Positions 39,071 through 51,557 of a DNA stretch of 64,000 nucleotides are shown one piece after another. The stretch lies in the NCBI RefSeq assembly GCF_009914755.1, contig NC_060940.1, one strand, 5' to 3'. The translations under genes and the position numbers were made by a program. Source of the stretch: the human T2T-CHM13v2.0 reference genome, Homo sapiens. The notes under the pieces are model-generated. The model was not told the origin of the DNA, ran no database searches, and was given only the letters and a program-made list of their open reading frames with translations. Within the stretch, counting starts at the first letter, position 1. The number at the start of each line of letters is the position of its first letter.

Positions 39071-42000
39071 GGGAGCTTCCCTGCCGTCCTCTGAGATGAA
39101 GCTCGTGGATCAGCATATTTTGAATGCTGCAGCAGGCTGAGGAGCCCAGTTCCACTGCTTGCTCCCTGCTCCCTCTTTGTTGAAAGGAATGATTCACAGG
39201 TGTTGATGGGTGTCAAAGATAAAAGGGCACCAAGCAGCCTTTCTTACCGAAGGTCAGTCAGAAGCCTTCCTAGCGTGAGTTAGTGGTGTTAATGCAGGGT
39301 CCCAGAACAACCTGGAATCTTCAGCGGCCCACACTCTGGGAAATCCCCTTCATCGTTGTGGCGGAATCTGCAGAGTTTAGGCAGGGAAGTGAGTTGACTG
39401 GCCAGGGCGCAGGAGAGCTGGCCAAGCTGCCCCCGCTCCTTCAGGGTTTCCTCCCAACCCCTAGCAGAACCCTTTGCTGGAGAGAGGCCCAGAAAGGGTA
39501 GTGCTGAATTCAGTGAGGTGGACTTATGACCAGCTGTCCCCAAGACCCCTGAGATCAGTGTTTCTTCAGCCTCCAGGGCTAACCTGCTGAGGGCTGAGGT
39601 GCCTGCAGACACACAGACCAGCCTCCAGTCACTGCCTCCACCTTATGTTAAAGATAAAAATAACTACAAGGCGGGAAATGTCCTAGAGAAACTACCTTGA
39701 AATTCAGAAAACATGAAGCCAGGCTTCATCTAATTAAGATGACATTTTAAAAGGGGGGACGGGGGGAGGCTTGGGTGGCATTTTAAATTGCAAGCTGATT
39801 GTGCAGCCTAATTTTGGTTCTGAGCAAAGATTCCAGTTGGACCAGAAAACAGGACTTCAAAGGCACTGCCTACTGCTGGCCAGGCAAAGGGAGTGAAAAG
39901 GGCAGCGTGGGGCCTCGGGCACAATGTGGCCGGGAACTCTGGGCAAAGGCTGGGGGCCGCGGGGGGCTGCAGCCCTTGGGAGCCTGCTGTGCCTCTGAGG
40001 AGATCAGTGGAGCCGCTCCTGGGAGGAGAGCTAATTGAGGTAGCGACTTCTCCTTGGAGAGTGAGCTTTGGTCCACCCCAGCCCATCTTGGGGGCAGTCA
40101 CTGGACAGAACTCTGGCCTGGTGGTCCCAGGCATGCCCCCACCCAAGTCTCCCCCAGGAGCTACAGAAACAGGCCTGGTTCTTATGCAGAGCGCCCAGTG
40201 CCCTCCCCAGGAGGGGGCTGCTCCCTTCCGGGGACTTCTCCTGCCAGCCTCTAAGATTCACCAGGCGAAGAAGGCCAGCTCCCTCCTTCCCAGAATCCCG
40301 GGAGGGGCAGCCCCAGTCCCTTTCAGATTGGAGGGCAGCGGCTGGGCCTCCGCGTTGGTAGGGAGATATGGCAGCCAGCTAGCCTGGGAGGTGGAGCATC
40401 TGCCCCCAGAGGCTCCTGCATGTCTCTCCTTTTTGTGCACCATAGCTTATCTCACAAAGCCAGCTTCACTCAGCAGATTTTGTAGTTATTGTTATTATTA
40501 CTCATTCTACTGACATAGATCTGGGCACATGCACACACCCCACGATTTAAGTGCTCCACAGTCAGAAAGCCCATTCCCCAGACTCTGGGTTCTCTCACAG
40601 GAGCCCTGGGAGGAGAGCATGGCATGAAGAACACCATTTACGGTTGAGGAAACTGAGTCACAAGGTGTCACATGACTAACCCAGATCCTCTGAGGCCACA
40701 CCCTGACACTTCCCACAAGTGTTGTGACCTTGGTGGAGTCACTGCTTCCCACTTGACATTTCCTGGTGGAGACACCATGGTGTCTGTCTTCCATTCCCTC
40801 TGGCCACTGTCTCACTCTCTCTCAGCAGAGGTCTTTCCCCAGCTCCTCCATAGGAAGGATGGTGAGATGAGCATGAGCTAACAGATGGGAAGAGTCGAAG
40901 GAGCTGGTGGGCAAGGGACCTTGGTTCTTCCATGGCTGCCAGTGGGGAGCACGGAGGGTTCCACTGTGGCGCCATTGAAAGACTCAGCGGTGGATGAGAG
41001 GGAGATTAGGAGGCCAGTCTGGAGTCGCTGCCCTCATCCATGCAGGGAGGCAGGGGTGTCCTTGGAAGGTAAGAAGAAGGGACAGATTCACACCTTCCTG
41101 AGGGTAAATGACCTTGGGAATCAGCCAGCTGCAGGAAAGGAGGAAGAGTGGAGCCAACTTTGGGGTCCCCAGCCTGTGTCATGGGAAGCACAGAAATGCC
41201 ATTGGAAAGAGGCTGTGTGTCCCCAAAGAGTGGTGTGCGCTTTCCTGGGGCACACAAATGACCTGGCAGTTTTTACAGACCAACAGCTTTGGTTTTAGTA
41301 GTTTTATTATTTTAGTGTATATTAGAAAAATTAGCACACAAACCTCTGGTTCTGTGGATATTGTGGCCTAGGGTAAGCTGGCTTTTTTAAATGAGTCCAA
41401 TTTAATAACATTTTCAAAAATATTGAGTCAGCAGTGACGGTGACTTGCTGATAGGGCAGAAAGCTGGAGAATGAGGCAGGAAGGAATGCGATGCTGGAGC
41501 CTTGGATGGGAAACCAGGAGGGGAGTCTAACTGGGGACACATTGAGTTGAGTCTGAAAGGCCAGTGACCCAGAGGTTAGGTAGGGGTAATCCAGTTGTTC
41601 CCTGCACAGAGGAAAATCAGGCAGGATCTGGCTCAGGGAGAAGGTGGCTCGGGAAAGCAAGAAGGGGTTTGAGGACTGAGTCCTTGGGAACATTGGCACC
41701 TAAATGTTGGGTGGAGGAACAGGACCACAGTTGGAGACAGAGGAGGGATCACAGTGGACTGAGGTGAACCGGCACCCACGGGGCTGGGCGCCCAGAGAAG
41801 AGGAGAAGTGGGCGTGATGGAGAGGGCACTGCGAGCCCTCATGGAGTGGAGAGGGAGGCAGCAAGACAGAAGGAGGAGGAAGGGGAGGACAGTGGCTTCA
41901 CGGGGAGGCCAGCTCAGAGGACGGGTTAGGATGGAGGGGCCAGAGACCCCCACCCCCACCTTTTCATCAGGTCAAGTCTAACTTGGGGTGAAGGGTACAG

Positions 42001-43065
42001 ACTTTCCTTTTGGGGTTTCCCTGAAGTTCATGTAGCTGGATGGGGCTTTAGAGGCTTGGGAGGAAGCAGCCCTGGACTTGGTTTCTATGGCTCCCCGCAG
42101 GCCCTCTCCCAGTCACAGGAGACAGCCCCCTTCCCACCTGCTTCACTCAAGCTCAAGTGCTCTCCTAGCTGCTGTGGGGACAGACAGGCAGGGTGGGCTC
42201 CCTCTTGCTCCTTCCCAGCTCCCTTCTACGAGGACAGTGGCCACTAGGAGACCAGAAGTTACCATGACAACAAAGCTCCTTCACAGAACAGAGCCCCTGG
42301 GCTCCCTGCAACTGTGTCCGGGATATTTGAGGTGATCTTCTCTCAAAAAGGATGAGGCCCCAAGTTGGCTTTTAGAGATGGGGAGAGATGATAGGAGGAG
42401 GTAGGGACAGATTCATGTTGCCAGCTCTCCCACCCAGCCAAGGAACGTGTGGGTGCCCCTTCCCTTCCCATAGGATGCCACACACTCCTTGGGGAGCCCA
42501 CCAGTGGGCTCATTCCACCTTGAAACCAAGACCAAGGAACCAAGGGTGGGGACAAGGACAGAGAAGGGAGCAGGAGGTCTGCGGGCTTGGAAGCCTGGAC
42601 TCAGTGGCATGACCAGATCACTGCCGCCTGCCTGCAAGCACTGTACATTCCCAGCCAATCAGGGTTGTTCTCAGGCCTCACAGGACCAGAAGCCAAGGCC
42701 CTTCTGCTAGGAGAAGAGGGAGGTGAAGTGACCTGTTTCCAGTCCCACCACCCAGGGGCCAGACCCGGACCCACTGCTCCTGTGCGTGCCGCTCTGCTCC
42801 CTCATAGCTGAGGAATGTGCAGCAGTGCCTGCTGTGCTGGGTGCTGGGGCAGTCCTCCCCAGAGTGGAGAAAGGACATCAGTTTTAGCTGGCATGATGGA
42901 TTAACATGTTGATTTTTATCTCAATATTTATGAATTCATTTTCATGGATATTAGAAAAAGATAAAAGCTAGCATATTAAATACATCCTTTCCCAGACATT
43001 GTTGGTACTAAATTTCCTTTTGCTTGAAATAAATTTAAGTAGAAAAAGTCTGAAGGAAAATATTA

Positions 43066-43366
43066 GGTCAGATGCAGTGGCTTATACCTATAATCCAAGT
43101 GCTTTGGGAGGCCAAGGCAGGAGGATCACTTGAGGCCAAGAAGACCAGCGTGGGCAACATAGTGAGACCCCATTTCTAAAAAACAAAAAAAAGAAAGAAA
43201 AAAAAAAGAAAAAATCAGCAGGACATTGTGGTGTGCTCCCGTAGTCCTAGGTACTCGCAGGAGGCTGAGGCAGGAGGATTGCTTGAGCCTGGGGGGTTCG
43301 AGGTTGCAGTGAGCTATGATTTTGCCACTGCACTGCAGCTTGAGTAACAGAGCAAGACCCCATCTA
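43066..43366 (+). mobile_element. AluJ inserted into a Charlie4z-like element
   Basis: ggaggattgcttgagcctggg; near-TSD AAG(G/A)AAAATATTA. Confidence 0.9.
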
Positions 43367-43752
43367 AGAAAAATATTAAGTAAATTAAAGTACAAGTTTT
43401 ATACAAACAGCAGAAATTTAATGATCATTTATTGAGCACCTATTATGTGCTATAGTGTTCTGTGGATACAGTGGTGAACAAAAATTATGCGAGTAACTGA
43501 GGCTTGGGAGATGCTGCTGTGGAGCATGACTTTTACCCTTCTTAGGGGGAGTATTGGCACAGCACAGATCTCTAAGACTCCAGAAAACTCACCTGTGCTC
43601 TTTCACCAGCTTACAGTCTTATTGAGAGGGCACTCTATTGCTCACTGAAGCATTAGAAGAGGGACCGTACTCAGTAATCCACAATGCAGGATAAACAGAG
43701 GTCAGATGTCAAATAGGGAACAAAAGCCAGGAGAAGAAGGACAATGGCAGAA

Positions 43753-44090
43753 TGTGTTAGTAAGGGTGCCCTAGCTGCTATAACAAATACACCCAAAATG
43801 TTTCGTGGTTCAGATGCAATAGGTTATTTCTTGCTCATCTACTAGTCTGGGGCAGGTGTTCTTGGTGGGTGGGTGGCTCTCCTCCACACAGTGACTCATG
43901 GACCAACACCTTCCATCTTATGGCACCACCACCCCCTAGGATTTTGTCATCATGTGCATACAGGAGACACACTCACATCTTAAGAGCCTTGACCCAGAAG
44001 TGGTATGCTTCATTTTCACATTTCATTGATTTCAACTTAGTTACATGGCAGGTTGTGGCCTACAGAAAAGTTCCCGACTAGCAGACCATG
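43753..44090 (-). mobile_element. MLT1J-like MaLR LTR
   Basis: ctagctgctataacaaatacacccaaaatg...ttatttcttgctca. Confidence 0.55.
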
Positions 44091-46274
44091 AGAGGGCTGA
44101 AATCCAGTGCACCTTCCCTTTTCTAAGCCTTACAACCTGCAGAAAGGAACTCCTTTTTTCTAATTGTACCGGCTGGCTTCTATCTACCCTGGCCAGGGTG
44201 TGGGGCTTGGGGGTGGAGATGGGGGAGAGAGGCATGGAAGGGGGTAAGAGGAGTGACAGGGATGAAGGAAAGCAAGAAATGCCTTGGAGGGGAGTGGAAC
44301 CTGAGCCCAGGTGGCATTTGGTGGCCCTGTAGTTTCAGAGAGTGAGTGCCAACCTGAGCTGGTTCCCCCTGCCCCCACTGGGTTAGGAGCTGCAGTGCCA
44401 ACCTCTCACCCAGTGAGCCCTGTGCAGCTCTTCCCCAGCAGAGGGCAGAGTTGATACCCTTCCCCACCCGGGCCTGACCCCATACCCAGAGTCACCCAGT
44501 GTCTGTCAGGGAAGATGAGGATGGCAGGGGCTAAGTAGAGGCCATGCACCCTGATCCCAGACCTCAGAGAAAAACTGTTGGGGTGATGGCGCCTTGGCTG
44601 GAGCAGGCCACCCACCTGGCCCTGCGCTGAACTGAGAACCCGAGGAGCGCGTCCCCTCCCTCCTCCCTCCCTGCTGACATAGCTTGGCAGATGAGTCCCC
44701 GGAGGCTTGGCTCAGCCCCTGACCCCCTGTACCCCAGGGGCCAGGCTCTGGGAGTCAGAGGAGCTGGCATCCAGCCCTGGCTCCACTGGGCTGTCCACCT
44801 CCTGCCCCGCCCAGCACGGCCCGCTGGGACCTCCTTGCCTGGCCCAGCTGCTGCATGGCCATGGGTGCCACTCTGCCTCACCTGTGTTTTAGTTGACAGG
44901 AGTATTTGTCACCCTTGTTTTTACACCTGTCACCATCCCACCTGCCGCATGTAAACACTACCAGCATCAACACGGTAATGCCGGTTCCCCTGGGTGGGCA
45001 CCAGCCAAGCCCTCTGGGAGCTGAGAAGAGCAGGTGATAGCAGCTGGAGAGGTCCCAGGGGCCAGCCTTCCCTGACCCTGCCCTCGGGGAGACAGGGCTG
45101 CCGGGCTCTGGGCCAGCTCTGCCCCTGGCTTGCTGATGGCCCCACCTCCTACTCACGGGCCTCCATTTCCTCTCGGAAGACCAGGCCACTAAATCACAGG
45201 GAAGCAGGGCTGCACGGGGCTGGCGATGTGGGCTCCGGAGTCAGGCGGCTGGCGTTCAATCCCAGCTCTACCACCTACTGGCTGAGGGACCGTCAGCAAG
45301 TCTCATAACCCATCTGATCTTCGGTTTGTCTGAGTATAAAATGGGGGAAACGATAATACTTGTGAACATCAAATGGAGTAAGCCTCCTGGTAAGTGCTCG
45401 ACAGATACTGGCTGCTGTCATGATCTCTTGGGGCCTCTCTTTGACACCAGGCCCCTGAGTGCATGTGTGGGTGTTTGTCTGTCTATCTGAGTCCCAAGGC
45501 TCACAGCAAACACTGAGGCGGCCACAGCCTGGGCTTGCTGTATCCTTCTGGACTGGTTGGCTCAGCCAGCTCTGACCCCTGAACCCAGAGGTCCCTCCTC
45601 GACCCCAACTCTGACAACCTTCCTGCCACCACTGACTTTTTGCAAAGACTCATAATTCTGGATTTCCTACCTGAGGTGGTGGCTGTGGCCGAAAGGCCCA
45701 TTCTCACCCATGAGAAGGTCTCCTGAGAATGAGCCGCACCTCTGCAGGTGGAGGCCTTGCCATCCAGCCCTGGGATGTGCTGCATGGGACGGTCTGCCCA
45801 GGGCCTTCCAAGTGGGGCACGTGCCACCGCTCTGTGAGATGAGATGGCTCAGTGGGACAAGGCTCACACATTTAATAGCATGGGCTCACCGAGTCAGAAA
45901 GTGGTTCCTTCTCTCTCAGCTTGTCTGAGAGCCTCAAAAAGAAAGTCTCAGGCTGGTGCTTGGACCTTCATAACACCTCTGAACCTATCTCCTAGGTCAA
46001 CAAAGAGAGCAAGGCCTCAAGCCCAGAGCCTTCTACAGGCAGGGGATCCAGAGAATTTAGCATCCTATTCTGCTCTCATTGTAGTTATTCTTATGGGTGT
46101 TTTCTATTTAAAATACTTTATACAAGTTCTTCACTTATCATAGGGATATGATGTTTATAAGGTAAAAAGATGTGTCTAGGAAAAATAGTAAGTATTACTC
46201 ATTCGGTGATGCAGGACTTTGGCAGAACTTATGAAGATATTAGGGTATGATGCTTGGGAAAGAATGCTCTTGTC

Positions 46275-47890
46275 CAGCAGCTCTTAAACATTTTGGTTTA
46301 TACTCCTAAAAATTATCAAGGACCCCAGTAAGCATTTTGTTTATGTAGGTTATATCTATCAATTTTTATTGTATTAGAAATTAAAATTAAGGAAAATTTA
46401 AAATATATATTTATTTGAAAATAACTATAAGTCCATTACACATTAATATAAATAAAATTTTTATGGAAAAGTACTGTATTTTTCAAAAATATTTTAGTAA
46501 GGAGAATGTCATTGTTTTACATTTTTGCAAATGTCTTTCATGTCCAGCCTGATAGAAAATGGCTCGGTTCTCACACGTCTCTGCCTTCTCTCTGTTGTGA
46601 TGTGTTGTTTGGTTGAAGAAAAATTTGGCCCCACACGAACAGGGAAGGAGTATTTTACTAGCCTTTTCAGATAATTATTCTTTGAAACTCCCAGGACTTG
46701 GCAAATGGTAGTTTATTAAAGGAGAGTTGCAATGTGGAATCTGAAAGTATATCAATGACCCTTCTTTTTTTACTTTTTTTGAGACGGTATCTGTCTCGCC
46801 CAGGCTGGAGTGCAGTGGCACGATGACAACTCACTCCAGCCTCAACCTCTGGGCTCAAGCAATCCTCCCACCTCAGCCTCCCCAGTAGCTGGTACTACAA
46901 GTACACACCACTCCCAGGGGGCCACCATGCCTGGCTAATTTTTTTTAATTTTTATAGAGACGGGGTCTCACTGTGTTGCCTGTGCTGGTCAATGACCCTT
47001 TCCTGTTGTTACATTAAAATTCACTGGCCTACCTTGCACTTTGAATGGATCTCTTACTATGAATGATTTTTAACACCATTTTGGTCATTTGGAAAATATT
47101 GGTTCATGAGTTACACAGATCTGAATGTTGACACATTTCAGCATATTATATCAAAAACTCACATTTGTTAATATCAACACTGATCTTTGAGAAAAGCTTT
47201 AGGTATTGGGAAGTTACCAAGTTTACAGTGGTAAACACAAGTCTTCCACAATTCTGCATTTTCACTTGAAAGCCAGAATTTTATAATTTTGGTAACAAAT
47301 ATGTCAGTGGTTTTCTTTGAAATCGTGGCTCACTGGTTCATTTTTGGGAGAACTTCTGCCAGAGACCCCAGTCTGAAATCCTACTGCTTGCCGCTCAGGC
47401 TTTTCAAGGAAAAGCAGTGTCCCATGAAGGAAGGGATGAGTCCGGCTTGCAACTCAGCCTTTCCCCAGTACAGCCGCCACCCTTACATTTGCAGCACGTG
47501 TTTTGTGCTTACTTCCCATGTCATCATCTCACAGAATTCTCAGACGGGTACTCGAGTGGAGTTTTTTATAAGTCGTAATTTTTACTTCTTCACCAACGAC
47601 ATTCTTCAGTCCAGCCAGCATTTGCTTTCTTGGCATGCATGGTGGTAGGGAGTGCAATGGCAGCTCTGCAGCCCGGCGCCGAGTCCAGCGCCGGCGCCTG
47701 GCTTCTGGCTAAGGAGACCACGATTGTATCTGCTGCTGCTACTTTTGCACCATCCGTGCAAATGTTAACACTGTTAGGAAGGCAAGTGACATCTTAGTTT
47801 TGTTATGAAAATAGTTTTGATTTCATGGACCCCCTTGAAAGGATCTCAGAGACCCCTCGGGGTCCACTGACCACCCTTTGAGAACCGCTG
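46275..47890. mobile_element. Charlie1a-like non-autonomous hAT DNA transposon, interrupted by an Alu
   Basis: Terminal inverted repeats CAGCAGCTCTTAAA and TTTGAGAACCGCTG; degenerate 8-bp TSD CTCTTGTC/ATCTAGCC; about 1.38 kb without the Alu. Confidence 0.8.
46764..46988 (-). mobile_element. 5'-truncated AluJ-type element
   Basis: Perfect TSD TCAATGACCCTT at 46752-46763 and 46989-47000. Confidence 0.9.
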
Positions 47891-48795
47891 ATCTAGCCAA
47901 TCCCTTCCTTATGCACTAGGGACACTAAGACCCCACAAGGAGAAGAGACTTGCCCAGGGTCCCAAAGCCAGTCAGAGGCAGAGTGACCTGAAGCCCAAAG
48001 CTCTGAGATCCTGGAAGCAACGTGATCTGCACCTTTTCTAACAAAACAGTATGTGCCCACTCTGATGAATGGCACAGGAGCCAGTGTCCCCGGGGAAAGG
48101 ATGAGGAGGCAAGAGGGATGAACCAGCCTGGGGATAGGCACCAGTTGGCCAACCCTGTCAACTTCAGGACTTGCCTATTCCCACCCTGCACCTTATGTGT
48201 AGCGCTGCATCTTCCATCTTTTCTCTTCCATAGCTGTGTTGCTAATGTCTCCCAGCCGAGGCGGCTGTAATTAAACTATTCACCATCGTCACTTCGTGTT
48301 CTGAAGAGATGAGGTCGGCCATTATCATTTTTCCTTCCCTTTGACTGAGCTCTGTGTGGGTAATTTCATTCTGCCTTGTTCATTTCTTAGAAATTTTGTC
48401 TATCCAATTTTAGTTCTTTTTTCCTCTTAGAACACTGGGCTCAGGGGAAAGGAGGTGGAGGATGAGGGCATCATGGATTTGGAAATTTCTGTCCCATTCA
48501 CCTTAAAGCTTTTTTGGGACAGGATAGTGCCTGCTTGGTGGTGCAGCTATCCAGAGAGCCCCCATCCAGGAGAGATACCCAGGAGGTGTAGAACAGGGGT
48601 CTGGACCCACTGAGGGGAGAAGGGCACCAAGACAAAGAGGCACCACGTAAGGCTGTCCCAGAGGGGCAGTGGTTGGAGCTTTGGACAGACAGCGTCCCCA
48701 CCCCTTTCCTGGTGGTCAGAAGCCTTGCTGACATAAAAACCCCCCTGCCTCTGGGGGCCCAGGACAGGCTTCTGTTGCTAATGAAAGTGAGCAGG

Positions 48796-49103
48796 GGCCA
48801 GGCACAGTGGATCACACCTGTAATCCCAGCACTTTGAGAGGCCAAGGCGGGCAGATCACGAGGTCAGGAGTTCGAGACCAGCCTGGCCAAGAGACCAGCC
48901 TGGCCAACATGGAGAAACCCCATCTCTACTAAAAATACAAAAATTAGCCGGGCATGGTGGCGGGCACCTGTAATCCCAGCTACTCGGGAGGCTGAGGCAG
49001 GAGAATTGCTTGAACCCGGGAGGCGGAGGTTGCAGTAGGCCAAAGATCTTGCCACTGCACTCCAGCCTGGGCAACAAAGTGAGACTCTGACTCAAAAAAA
49101 AAA
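48796..49103 (+). mobile_element. AluS (Sg-like) with an internal 17-bp tandem duplication
   Basis: gatcacgaggtcaggagttcgag; TSD A(A/G)AGTGAGCAGG. Confidence 0.93.
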
Positions 49104-50494
49104 AGAGTGAGCAGGGCCTCCATCCTGCGTTTCCTCTCCCCGGCGTGCCCTGCCAGGCCTCCACTAGCTCCCCTAGGGCCCCCATGCCCACTCTACACAG
49201 ATGCTGGCAGGGCTGACAGCTCCCCTGCTCCTGCAGGAAGAGGCCAGGAGCCCACGCCACACAGAAAACGTGAATGTCCCAGGCCCCAACACATGGAAGG
49301 CCTGGCATTTCCTCTGCCAGGCTCTATGGGGAAGCATTTTCTCTCCATCAGGGCTGCCCCAGGATGGACACTGGCCTGCCCACCAGGGGTAGGGCACCCC
49401 CTCATAGGCATGACCAGCAACCTGGCCGAGAGGCTGTCTGTGCTTGAGCCCCTGAGCCATCTGTGTGCCCACAGGTGGCTGTCCTAAGTTTAACCTTCTA
49501 GGGCTGCATGACCCCACTGCTGTCCTCAGGCCCTGCTGATGGCTGCCAGAGCATCTGGTGCCTCCAGGACCCACTCTTGCCCGTCAAGGCCCTCAGTGTT
49601 GCCTGGGTCTCGCCTCACCTCTCTTTAATTCCCTCCTCACCTCCCGAGAAGCCCCATGTCTCCCACCATCCACAAACCTGTTCCTCCTGAGGCCCAGACC
49701 CTGCCTCCCTGGGGTGGCCTCCCCACTCCCCAGCTGGTGCTGATGGATCTGACGCCCCTAGTGGACTGCAGGCACGGGCAGGGCAGGGTCCAGTTCCTGC
49801 TGGCAGTTCTGTCCCCAGCACTCAGCCCTGGGCTTCACACAGAGACGTCCTCCAATCTGTGGGGAAGGAAGATTCTTAGGTCTCGCCCTGGCTCCTGCTT
49901 AACTGTGGCCAGGGCCAGGAGTGGGAAACTGCACCAGCCACTGACAGGTGGTTTCTGGGTGAAAACTTTCAGGTGTGCGGGAACCAGTGACAGGGCCTCA
50001 GAGGACTTGGGCCACAGTCGCCTTCCCACCCCCTGGCCCCTGGTTCTGGAAGGAACATAGTAAGCAGTTTCTGTCTAGGAAAAACCTGCTTCTCAGTCAT
50101 TGGAAGATCCCTGAGTTCTGAGGCTGAAAAGGAAAGAAAGTTAGGATCAAAAAACCCAAGCCTTCTTTACTCCACAGGAGACATCCTGGGTCCAGGCAGG
50201 GAAGGTTCTCAGAAAGGCTTAGGACAAATCCTGGGGCATCCAGAAGGTTTGAACTGCTTTCTGAACCCAGGTGGGGACTTCAGGAACGCCTTGCTTAACA
50301 CAGTCACAGACCCCTGACACAGAAGGGACCATGGGACAGAGGCAGGGAAAACCTCAGGGGCTGCTCTCCCTCCACCCCGATGTGTTCAAGGCACCAACTA
50401 CTGAGCTGGGGAGATTCCCTTTGTCAAATGTTAAAGTCCTTAAGGCCCAGACCCCACTCAGTGTCTGCCACCTAGCAGGTGTAAATGGATACAT

Positions 50495-50800
50495 AGTAGA
50501 TGGGTGAATGGATGAGTGGATCAAGGAGAGAATGAATGGGTGGGAGGCGAGTTGGATCAAACAGGAGTGGATGAGTAACTAAGGGATAGATAGATGCCAG
50601 GGAAGAGTGGAGGGGATGGTGGTGGGTTGGAAGGGATGTGAGTGGATGGATGAACTGGGGTGGCTGATGGGTAGATGATGTATAGATGGGTAGGTGCACA
50701 AGGTTTGATAGGTAGGTATCCTGGGTAGGTGGTGCAGGATGTGTGGCTGGCTGGCTGGAGAAGGGATGATGGGTGGATTTGAAAGAAGAGAGTGGGAGGA
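50495..50800. repeat. Degenerate (TGGA)n-like low-complexity repeat
   Basis: Repeated gatggg/tggatg/gtggat units. Confidence 0.75.
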
Positions 50801-51519
50801 TCATCATCCTAAATGGAGAAGGAAAGCAAGATTAGAGATGGCACTGAATCCTTGGTTCTGCTGCAGGATCTTTTTGAGGAACCAGGAAGGTTCCCTTCCC
50901 TAAAGCAATGGTGAGCCCATGAGGTCCCCTACCTCCTCAAGAGACCCTGTGAGCTGAGGACGTTCTGTAGGCGCAGGCCTTGCTCAGAATCCTAAGCCCA
51001 AGCGAGGAAAGAGCCCCAGCCGCCAAATGCCTGCAGCACCCCAGTTGTTGCCACTACCAAAGACTGGTCACAAATGTCTAACGTGCGCCCGGGGTGGCAA
51101 TTTGGTACCACTTCCACTGAGAGTCACAGGCAGAGAGCCATCTGCCAGCCCAAGGCCAGGAAAGCAGACCCCCGCCCCGGAAGGGAGTGCTCCCCACTGT
51201 TCTGACGCCCAGCTGCAGAGAGGGAGGGGCGGGGGGCTCTCTCCTGTGCCGGAGAGAACGGAGAGAACGTGACGGTGTTTCCTCAGATGTGCAGGCCTGG
51301 GTGGGAGCGCTAGTTACTAAGTACCCAGAATTCTTCGCCAGCTGGAATTGTAGTGGCCAGGCTGGGCCCCCCCAGCGGCTGGGGTCTCTCTGCCCCTTCG
51401 CGTTGAAGAGCAAGTCGGCAGCCCAAGGAAGGCGCGATGGCCGCCGGGCCCGGCCCTGCAATGCCTGGTCTCTGGCTCGGCGGGTCCAGCTCACGCTCCC
51501 TCTCCCATTGGCCTGTGCA

Positions 51520-51557
51520 CTCCTGCCCCCTGGTGGGTACAGGGACAACTACAGTAC
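51520..51557 (-). promoter_or_regulatory. Candidate CTCF site (core plus upstream module)
   Basis: Minus strand reads CTGTAGTTGT-CCCTG-TACCCACCAGGGGGCAG; the core CCACCAGGGGGCAG is a consensus match. Confidence 0.6.

Noticed and set aside
48856-49308. Alu-derived ORFs (also 5091-5507, 30888-31199, 31773-32096, 58162-58713)
   Set aside because: Standard Alu translation artefacts.
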